Shown here: piece after piece, positions 52,941 to 64,000 of the stretch | How the letters are laid out: every line of letters begins with the position of its first letter | Numbering within the stretch: the stretch's first letter is position 1 | Assembly: GCF_009914755.1 (NCBI RefSeq) | Contig: NC_060934.1 | Strand: one strand, 5' to 3' | Length of the DNA: 64,000 nt | DNA from: the human T2T-CHM13v2.0 reference genome, Homo sapiens | The notes under the pieces: generated by a model | The model's database searches: none | What the model was told of the DNA's origin: nothing | Seen by the model: only the letters and a program-made list of their open reading frames with translations | Translations under genes and position numbers: made by a program

Positions 52941-55900
52941 TACAAGTTGCTTTGATTGCTGGCCTTGAATTTCATTCATGATCCCAATGCTCTTAATTCT
53001 TTTGTCTAAGGGCTTGTTACAAAACTTATTCTATAAAGCCCTTTAAGATACCCTTGAGAGGATTTTGAAATAAAACAACTCAAAATTTCCCCCAACAAAA
53101 TAAAACATTCAACTAGAATCCAGGATTATACAAAGCATTTTGAGGAATTAAAACAATTTCCAGTCCTTTCAGGTGCCTTCCTAGAATAACTATCTAGGAA
53201 TTTCTGCTTCATAGTCTTATGAACCAGACATTGGCAGTTGAGTATGATCAGATTGCTGAATGTGTTATCCAGAAGATACAGAATTAGTCAATGACTCTCT
53301 TGATTTTAACACGTGAGTGTACTTGTTTTTTCTTTCTAACTCCCAGGTGAATGCTGAAAATGTAACTGAGAAAAGCTAACTAATTGTATGTAGCTATCAC
53401 AGACAAAGAGCACACTTACACTAATTTCTGTAAATGAGAAACTGCTATTAAATCTTGAATTAAAGTCTTGGTCTACATTTTTTGGTCGAATATAATTACA
53501 GATTTGACCTAACTGAGAGCTCCTTAGTTTAATAGAGCCATTATTGCCTATTATTTCAGAAAGAAATAGTGTTCTTACTTTCATGAGACTTACAAATGAT
53601 CCGGCCAGATCTCGGCACAAGTCTTGGGCAGCACCTTTACAGATGAAACACCTCTGTTCCTGCTTAAACCAATAAACATTATTTTTATTGACAGTTGTAC
53701 AACACTGGAACATAAATAACAGTCTGCTGAAAGCATTTTCCTATTTAGTCCAATTTCAGTGTATTTGTAATAGACAGTGGGACACTCCAGCAAAGCTGTT
53801 TACAATGGTATTTTGAATATCATAATATCATTTTCCCATTGCCTTCCATTAAAAAAAGATCAAGAAACTACAGTAAAACATTTTTTGTGAAAGAATTTAT
53901 GATGGTGACCCAATCTATAGCATGCAGAGTAGATAGTTTTATGTTTCTTGGAATTGTTTCCACCTGTTTGCATTACCTTTGAAACATTTTCCTAAATCCA
54001 GGAATCTCTATTATCCACTCACTGGCAGCTATACCTCCTTTCTCTTATAGCCTGCTTTCCCATGGACAGTTACTATATGCCTCAGAATCTCTTAGTAACA
54101 ACCTGGAGCATCCACTTTGTATCCCTTTATTTTCCTTATTATCTAGATATTTAGAATGTTAAGAGAGCTTGTGTATAGAAGCATTATTTTTCTATGTGTA
54201 AAATATGTAGCTCCTAAAATTTTCCTGGAGTTTGATATTTTATAGTATTTGAAGCTTTTACAGTTTCCTGGCACTGGGAGAATAATTTTATGTATATTTA
54301 TTTTAATGAAATCTAAAGATACTATTTGTATCTCAATAGTTTGAAAATTAGATGGTAATCTATGTCCCCACCCTGCAAATAGAAGATGATCAGCCAAGAA
54401 GTATAGTTGTAATTATTTTAAAATTTAAGACTCAACCCCTTCTAAATGAGTTGCAGCCAAAAAGTATATAATTTACTCTCAATTGTATCAATTCCACAAA
54501 TATAGTATTCATATTTCAGCCTTCGCTATTACATTCGTACACCATTATTGTGTCATACACTGTCAACTTCCATTTTCTGAGAGGCTTTTATTTTGCAGCT
54601 CAAATGGCAGTATTCCATTGCCAAGAAAGGAAGTGTTTTTTTCACAATAGCCCTCATGCTGAATTTCCACGATAAATATGTAGCCAAGGTTTTGGTTTTG
54701 TTTGTTTGTTTTGTGGTTTTCTTCCGTCGGAAAGGGAGCTTAACAGTAATCAAACTGTGATATAACGACTGAAGTTCTCTGGAATCACCTATCTCATATT
54801 AGAATCCCACATGAGAAATGTACATACCTTGTCAAAAGTGTTCTCATGCAGCTGCTGTAGTGGTGGTTTTTGTCCTTTGTCTTAATTTTGCACTGTGGTA
54901 TCATCATTGTGGTATAGAACATACAAAAGAAATGCTCCCTGCTCCCTAGAAGTTTATACTTCAAATCAAGGGGAGTACATACCAAGGACTGGTCAATCCT
55001 GGGCATGACTTTGAATTGGAACAAATGCCACTGTTCTTAAGGGCCAGTGAGCACCTAGAACATGTGTATGATGCTACAGCGTATTGATCTAGAATCCTGA
55101 AAATTCACTCCACTTATTTATGTGTGCCTATTTGTATTTTGGATAAGCTTTCTTCATCCATTAGAGCAGCACATCTGACTATTAACTGAACTAAAGTTTT
55201 TTTTTTTTAAATGAGCTATTACTATTTATTTCTGTAGAAGGATGAGCTTTTACAGACATCATTTAGACATGCATCTATGGGTTTGGAACTGAATGTCAGA
55301 AGTAGTTTTAGAAGCAGGAAACTATTACTATTTACAGCACATAATGGAAACAATAACTGCAATTATGGCTCTAGCTTCTCTTGCAGAAAGTAATGTGTAT
55401 GACTCTCATCTCCAGCTGCTCACATTCTAAAGTTTACAGTGTTTGAGATTTTAAATGTGGGCTCCAACACATAATTTGTGGCAATTACAAAGAATAAAAA
55501 TTCACTTAATATAAAATACCTACATTTTCAAAACTTTTTACATTATAAAGTAAAAACCAGTCATTTGATTTTTAAAAATGTGTGGATGATTAAAAATAAC
55601 CCCCTTATCAGTGTCTTCACATTGTTTTGCTCAAAAGTGTGAATTATTATTTTAAGTTCAACTTTCTTCCCTATTAAGTCATATGTGTGCAAATGGTAAC
55701 ATTTGTCCCATTTTAGCTCTCCAAGTGATAAGCATTTCCTTTAAGTGTCAAAGCAGCCAAATACATTTGAGAAGCCCTTAATACAACAAATCTTCCTTTT
55801 TAAGTGCTTGACCAAGTGTTAGGTTATTAAATATTCCTTAAATGTTTCACACACTGAAGATGGCAGCTGATGTCCACGTGGTTGGTTGGTTGGAGGTGTT

Positions 55901-56125
55901 TCGGGACCCTTGCAGCAGCTCTGGGCTGTGGACCTGTTGCTCTTCTCTCCCTCTGGCTTCGCAGACGGCCTCTCAGGCTCTGTGTTCCTCATCCCTGCTA
56001 GGCAGCTGCGTAGCACACTTAGTCTGTTTCTCTTTCATTGGTGAAGTTTGGTCGACACCCTTAATGTGATGTGGGGATTTGTGGTACTTATTTTGATGAT
56101 TTAATGATATTCTTAAATTTAAAAG

Positions 56126-56295
56126 GTTTTTTTTCTTTTCTGAGTTGGGGTCTTGCCCTGCTGCCCAAACTAGAGTGCAGTGGCACAATCAAGACTCACT
56201 GTAGCATCGAACTCCTGAGTTCAAGTCATCCTCCTACCTCAGCCTCCTGAGTAGTTGGGGCCACTGGCGTGTACCACCATACCTGGCTAAATTTT
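56126..56295 (-). mobile_element. Alu right-arm monomer (FRAM or truncated AluJ)
   Basis: Single diverged antisense Alu arm. Confidence 0.8.
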
Positions 56296-57745
56296 CAGAA
56301 GTTTTGATAAAAAGTAATTCTCAGTGAAATACATAGTTAGAAGTCTAGATCCATATGATAGTACTGTCGTTTTCTACATGTGAGGTTAGAGCATACTATT
56401 GACAAACCAAAATACAATTTTTTGGTAAAGATTTAAACATGGCAGTAATGGAAAAATAGTTTAAGGTGAAAGAGATCCTGATATACAGAACACTGTATTT
56501 CTGAATTTCTAATCCAAATGCCTCCTTATTCTAAGCTGATACCTATTAATAGAATATAAATTTGTAAAATCCTTTATGTCTCTTAAATAGTTTTGAGAAA
56601 CAGGTATCATATCCAAAAAGTGACTAAATTGGAATTTTCATCTTAGCATGCATTAGTATATATATTTTTTTCTGAATAAGGAAGCTGCTGTAGGGAGAAA
56701 TATTCTAAAACTCATCTCTTCAAATTTTAGTAAAATGGATGTAAAATAAAACATGAATATTTTATTAGGAATTATCCAAAATACTTTCTCATTAGGTTAT
56801 TTGTCATATTCTGAATTAATGACTTGTGTCATCTCAAGTTAATGATGGCCAGCATTCTCTGTGACTTGCTATTAACATTAACATAAAAACTAACAGGATC
56901 ATCAATATCAGCTTCAAATAGAAAATACAGGAAGAAATAGATTTCAAATCATAAATCTTATTTCATAACAAGAGTTCACGTTTTTACAGGACAAGTATTA
57001 TCACGTTTTTTAGAATTTAAAAAAGTTATTTCATTAAAGTATTATTAAAATATGTGTATATAGAAAGAGAGAATGAAAAATCAAACATGATGAAGCTTAA
57101 CAATTGTGGAATAAACACCATGTAAAGGGTACACAGGAGTTCTTTGTACTATTCTTGAAATTTTCTGTAAGTTTTAAATTATTTCAAAATGAAAAGTGGC
57201 AAAAGTTTTTTTTTCACTGTAATAAACATAAAACATACTCAGTTCATCCTGAGTTATGGTAGCACCCTTAAAGAAATCTTAGATTTTCAACCTTTAAAAT
57301 CTTTCTGTTTGATAAAGGAGGATTTTTGTCAATGGTTAGAATAAGCAACTTCTTCTCAATGGTTTCTCTCTACCCTGGGCAATGTTTTCATGAATAGGCA
57401 CACTCATTTGAGCAGGGGTGAGTAAGAGTTCTTTTACTAAAATACAGACTTCAGGGACTATATATGTCTATGTAGCTTCTTTCCTGTTGCAAACGTTCTG
57501 TCCACAGTCTTAACCACATTTATTCATTGAGTTTTATAACATATCCAAGCAGTTGTGCATTCTGAAATATTAGAAGAAACCTAAATAGGTTATCTATATT
57601 TCATTGATTAAAATGACTCCCTCTCCTCAACTGTGATTTGCCCAAGGTTATAGGACAGTGAAATGAAACCAGGACCAGAGTAAAGGGCTTCTGACAGCTA
57701 TCCATGGTTTTTCTCATGAACAAACAAGTAAGCAAAGAACAGGGA

Positions 57746-57852
57746 TCTAGTAAAGTAATCTCCTGTGCAGAAGAAAAAGGTGCTCTTTCCTTCTTTCTTT
57801 CTAAATAGATAAGAGCACCTTTTTCTTCTTCATAGGATATTACTTTATTAGA
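57746..57852. repeat. Inverted repeat, 42-bp arms (38/42 matched), 23-nt spacer
   Basis: Arm 57746-57787 against arm 57811-57852; inner 19 bp perfect. Confidence 0.95.
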
Positions 57853-58222
57853 ATAATCTATTAGATTATTAGGTTATTAATTCATAAATATAAATTATTA
57901 TTTAATTATTAGATTATTTCTGTTGGATTAGAAAGAAGGAAAGAAAAGAAGCATAAGTCAGTCTTAACATGAAAAGCCAAGGAGAATCAACATAAGGCAG
58001 GATAAAAGAAGGCAGGAAATCCCAGGGAGCACTTAGGCTGGCAGCAGAGGCTGGCAAGGGTTGTGACAGCTGGAGACCCCTCACAGGAAGGAACTAGAAC
58101 TAGAAGGTGGAACAACTGAAAAGGAGAATACAGCCACAAGCAAAGAAATCTCAGACATGATTTTAGGGTTGGAATGGAAAGGCAGAGAGCATCTTTGCCA
58201 TGTCCTAAAGAACAGAAACTCG

Positions 58223-58515
<293 letters not shown>

Positions 58516-59266
58516 GAACAGAAACTCTATCTTTCTGATCTTTAAATTCTACCTTCCCCGGCCCCATCTACCCCTAACCACACACAGAGTAGGCACTCCT
58601 CGAACATTTCTGGAATTTGAGTATATCACATCCTCTCCAGTGATCTGTACAAAGACAGCATCACAAACCCAGGTGAATTGCCAGTGCCATCTCATGATAT
58701 AAATCTCATTCTTCCTTCCTTGACCTAAAATGGGTAGGACCATAAAAAAGTGGACTAAACTTATAAAAATAAGAGATACTGATTTATGACTTGAAAACAA
58801 ACACAGGAGAATATTGAGGGTCATATATACCAGCTATTAACATTTCCCCATTCTGAAATATCTACAACTGTGGAGCAGTGTCAAATGGTGAACTTGCCTA
58901 TCAGAGAAGGCTATGACATTGTTCCCCAGGTGTAAGTTCTGTGAAAGAACTAAGTGTTCCCTGTCACTGCATATACCAGCCTTTTATAAAAGAAAGATGT
59001 CATGAGCCAAAGTCCTCAAATCACTTCAATTGGTGACTTTGGAAGAATCTTTTTAAAACTTTGGGCTTGGATAAAACTGTCAGAAGGTAGTAGAGAGTGT
59101 TCTCCTATAGTAAAATGATGAGGTGGTGTGTCAGAGGGAGTGGGGAGAAGACTGTTCTAGAACCTGTCTATTTTTTACTTGAGGATGTAGTCAGCCTACT
59201 TAAGCAGTGTTCATCTACTGCTATCTGGATTGGTGCTAAGAAATAAAAACACACTAAGTACAGATT

Positions 59267-59641
<375 letters not shown>

Positions 59642-59815
59642 TTATTGTTGATTCTTAAAGATTTAGGTACTACATAGAAGGGCAATAAATATTCATTTCT
59701 GAGTGCTAAAGTTATTTGTGAACTAGAAATGTAGGTTATTCTATATTTTAAATTATTCCAGACATGGGTAATTTCAGAACTTCAACTAAGGAAACAAAGA
59801 TTTGAAATAGTTCAC

Positions 59816-60871
59816 TGTTGCGGGAAGTCAGGGACCCTGAATGGAGGGACAAGCTGGAGCTGCGGCAGAGGAACATAAATTGTGAAGATTTCATAGACAT
59901 TTACTAGTTCCCAAATAACACTTTCATAATTTCTTATGCCTGTCTTACTTTAATCTCTTAATCTTGTTATCTTTGTAAGCTGAGGATGTGTGTCACCTCA
60001 GGACCACTGTAATAATTGTGTTGACTGTACAAATTGATTGTAAAACGTGTGTTTGAACAATATGAAATCAGTGCACCTTGAAAAAGAACAGAATAACAGC
60101 GATTTTAGGGAACAAGGGAAGACAACCATAAGGTCTGACTGCCTGCAGGGTCGGGCAAAAAGAGCCATATTTTTCTTCTTGCAGAGAGCCTATAAATGGA
60201 CATGCAAGTAAGGAAGACATCACTAAATTATTTTCCTAGCAAGGATTAATACTCTGGGAAAGGAATTCATTCCTGGGGGAGGTCTATAATCGGCTGCTCT
60301 GGGAATGTCTGTCCTATGTGGTTGAGATAAGGACTGAGATATGCCCTGGTCTCCTGCAGTACCCTCAGGCTTACTGGGGTGGGGAAAAACCCCACCCTGG
60401 TAAATTTGAGGTCAGACTGGTTCTCTGCTCTCAAACCCTGTTTTCTGTTGTTTAAGATGTTTATCAAGACAATATGTGCACTGCTGAACATAGACCCTTA
60501 TCAGTAATTCTGCTTTTACCCTTTGCCTTGTGATCTTTGTTGGACCCTTATCAGGAGTTTCTGATTTTGCCCTTGTCCTGTTTCCTCAGAAGCATGTGAT
60601 CTTCATTCTCCTTTTTGCGCTTTGAAGCATGTGATCTTTGTGACCTACTCCCTGTTCTTGCACTGCCTCCCCTTTTGAAATCCTTAATAAAACTTGCTGG
60701 CTTTAAGGCTCAGGTGGGCATCACGGTCCTACTGATATGTGAGGTCACCCCCGGTGGCCCAGCTGTAAAATTCCTCTCTTTGTACTGTTTATCTTTATTT
60801 ATCAGCCAGCTGACACTTATGGAAAATAGAAAGAACCTACGTTGAAATATTGGGGGCAGGTTCCCCCGATA
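59816..60871 (+). mobile_element. MER11 solo LTR (HERV-K11/HML-8), 1056 bp
   Basis: Starts TGTTGCGGGAAGTCAGGGACCC and ends GGTTCCCCCGATA. Perfect 6-bp TSD GTTCAC (59810-59815, 60872-60877). TATAAA at 60191 and AATAAA at 60686. Confidence 0.93.
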
Positions 60872-61778
60872 GTTCACCATTATTCTAGTCCATCTTCCCA
60901 ACTAATGGTACCTCATTTAGGTCTTCCAACTGTATTTTTTATTATTAGAAATCTGACTTCTAACAATGTTTTAGAATTCTGTTAAAAGTCAAATTCTAAG
61001 GAACACTTGAAGACTGTAGCTTGTCATATCTCAAGAACCTTCTGATAAGATTATGTTATGATAATAATATCATCATCATGGTGATAGAAGGAAAAATTTC
61101 CAAGCTTGGGGCTTACATTTTTCTTCAAAATGACTCATATTATTGAAAGGCAAGAGAAGTCTTACTTCGTATGCCACAGAGAGGCAATGCAAGAGCAATA
61201 GAAGCAGTGTGAGCAAGCTGACAAGGAAGGAGTCTAGACCTGCAGGCGAGGGCTACAGAAACCATAGCTGATGTTGTGACTGCCCTTGTCAAGTCAGTCC
61301 ACTGAGATCAAACTCAAGAGGATGATTTCCCCAGGAAAGTCACTCAAATGCCAGCTTCATGAATGGATTCCTGTGGAATGTTGTCCCACAACCAAGAGGA
61401 CACACAGAAGGAAATGGGAAAGAGACCAGGGAGCAAACATCAACCTGACACCAAGGATGTTTTCAAGAAAGTCCTGGAGCCTTTCCCTTCATTTAACTCT
61501 GTCTGATTGCTAGCTTCACAAATCGTCAGCAACATCACAACAACTGATGCTGTAAGGAAGCCTCTGAGTCCAAAACACGTCATGTTTCTTATTATGTGGT
61601 TTCAAAACAATAATACTCCTAATAATAGCTGACAGGCATTAAGTATGTAGTATGTGCTAAGCATGTATCTACTTTATTTCCCCCAAAATCTATCCTCTTA
61701 AGTAAATACATAATCAAAGAAATGCAAATACAATAGGCTACAATTTCCCCCATCAAAAATAGATTAAAAATATATATA

Positions 61779-62034
61779 TTTTTTGAGATGGAGTTTCATT
61801 CTTGTTGCCCAGGCTGGAGTGCAATGAATGGCATGATCTCGGCTCACCACAACCTCCACCTCCTGGGTTCAAGTGATTTTCTTGTCTCAGCCTCCCAAGT
61901 AGCTGGGATTACAGGTATGAGCCACCACACTCAGCTGATTTTGTATTTTTAGTAGAGATGGGGTTTCTCCATGTTGGTCAGGCTGGTCTTGAACTCCTGA
62001 CCTCAGGTGATCTGCCCGCCTCAGCCTCCCAAAG
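61779..62034 (-). mobile_element. 5'-truncated AluSp/Sq
   Basis: Antisense Alu; TSD gattaaaaatat. Confidence 0.9.
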
Positions 62035-62141
62035 GATTAAAAATATTTTAATGAAAATATTCATTGCTGGTGAGGATGCAGCAAGTTAGAAGTGTTTATT
62101 ATTAGAGTGCAGTTTCTTCAAGCTTTCAAAAATCCATCTAT

Positions 62142-62431
<290 letters not shown>

Positions 62432-62933
62432 CTACAAACACGTTTCAGGTGCCTGTAAAATGTTCATACCATGTGATCATCTAATCAGTTTTAAGATGTA
62501 ATAGAAAATACAGAAAAGCTTGATGCACAAAGCAGTACCCCAGAGCATGGTAGAGTGCATGGAGAGTGACCAGTTAAGGAAGGGAAATTGCTGAATTAGG
62601 AAGATGAAGGAAGGTCTCTCTGAGGAGGTGAGACCTGAATGATGAAAGTGAACCCTCATTGTATTACTCATCTGTGCTGAGAAATCTGTGCTTAAATTTG
62701 CACCTGATTTACAAGCCATGTGGACGCTTGCAGCCTGTCTCAGCCCATGGTGACCACCCTTCCATGCTGCTGTGCAAGTCTGAGGGCTCAATGTAATCAT
62801 CTTGAATCTCTCCTGGAATGGCCGTTTGGCCCTAAATATTTAAGCTGGTTGTTTAGGCCAAGCTTCTGTGGGCTTTCCTGCCACTGTGCTGCTTCATGAC
62901 TCAGACTCAAAATTCAATGAAAAACAAGGGAGA

Positions 62934-63244
62934 GGCTGGGCACGGTGGCTCACGCCTGTAATCCCAGCACTTTGGGAGGCTGAGGCAGGTGGATCACCTG
63001 AGGTCAGGAGTTCAAGACCAGCCTGGCCAATATGGTGAAACCCCGTCTCTACTAAAAGTACAAAAATTAGCTGGGCATGATGGCAGGTGCCTGTAATCCC
63101 AGCTACTCGGGAGGCTGAAGCAGGTAGAATTACTCGAACCCGGGAGGTGGAAGTTGCAGTGAGCCGAGATGACACCACTGTACTCCAGCCTGGGTGACAG
63201 AGCGAGACTCTGTCTCAAAAAAAAAAAAAAAGAAGAAGAAAAAC
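62934..63244 (+). mobile_element. AluSx
   Basis: Full dimer; TSD aaaacaaggga. Confidence 0.93.
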
Positions 63245-63446
63245 AAGGGACAACTTTGTCCAGGTGTGGGATTTCCTAACATCTAAATCTAATGATTTTC
63301 CTGAAGAAAATATATATAAAATGATTATTCATCTATTTTCAAAAGGGAACTCAGACAGTCTGAAGAGAGTAGGAATTACATTAGCTAAACACTTCAGCTT
63401 TAATACAGTTAGTAACTCTGCTCACCTTATGCTTTAAATGTATATG

Positions 63447-63759
63447 TGTTTGTTTGTTTGTTTGTTTTTTGTTTTATGAGATGGAGTCTCGCTCTGTCGC
63501 CCAGGCTGGAGTGCAGTGGCGCAATCTCGGCTCACTACAACCTCTGCCTCCCAGGTTCACGCCATTCTCCTGCCTCAGTCTCCTGAGTAGCTGGGGCTCC
63601 AGGCACCCACCACCACACCCGGCTAATTTTATGTATTTTTAGTAGAGATGGGGTTTCACTGTGACAGCTAGGATGGTCTCGATCTTCTGACCTCGTGATC
63701 TGCCTGCCTCAGCCTCTCAAAGTGCTGGGATTACAGGCATGTGCCACTGTGCCGGTACC
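63447..63759 (-). mobile_element. AluSc/Y with (TTTG)n tail
   Basis: Antisense dimer. Confidence 0.92.
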
Positions 63760-64000
63760 TAAATATATTTTTAATGTACAGGGCAGAGCAGAGGACTTTC
63801 TGAAGAAATAGGAGCTTTCTTTCTCCATATGCTTGAAAACAACTAAGTATTTTGGGATCATAACTGCTATATAATACATAATTATTTTAGGCATTATAAT
63901 TTTGCTATAAGTATTTTATAAATTCTGAGTAATAGCGTTTTTTTCTTCCTTGGTTTGCCTGAAGTCCCTAATACTAACAAGTGTCTTGAATGGGAGCCCA

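Overview
Primate (most likely human) genomic DNA from inside the MYO3A gene (myosin IIIA, DFNB30 deafness locus), transcribed on the + strand. Six coding exons of the motor domain are present: 10738-10940, 18919-19017, 19106-19220, 43214-43340, 47929-48139 and 50921-51068. From recalled cDNA numbering these are exons 15-20, c.1360-2262. They splice through GT-AG junctions into one continuous 903-nt (301-codon) open frame containing switch I (NDNSSRFGK) and switch II (LDIFGFE). The rest is intron, dominated by transposable elements: an old nested L1 cluster (1-9 kb), a full-length decayed antisense L1PA (19.9-26.05 kb), about 20 Alus, MER44/Tigger7 and MER20 DNA-transposon relics, MST/MLT LTRs and a sense-oriented solo MER11 LTR. 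I see no convincing new multi-gene system; nearly all long ORFs in the track are L1 or Alu debris. The features most worth testing are small and structural: a 42-bp-stem intronic hairpin (57746-57852), a self-complementary repeat patchwork (15591-15813), an orphan TSD-flanked insertion (6230-6691), a stem-loop plus RBFOX triplet at the exon-20 donor, an L1 antisense promoter facing exon 18, and an in-frame exon 18-20 block flanked by inverted Alus. Repeat subfamily calls come from recalled consensus sequences and their boundaries are approximate.
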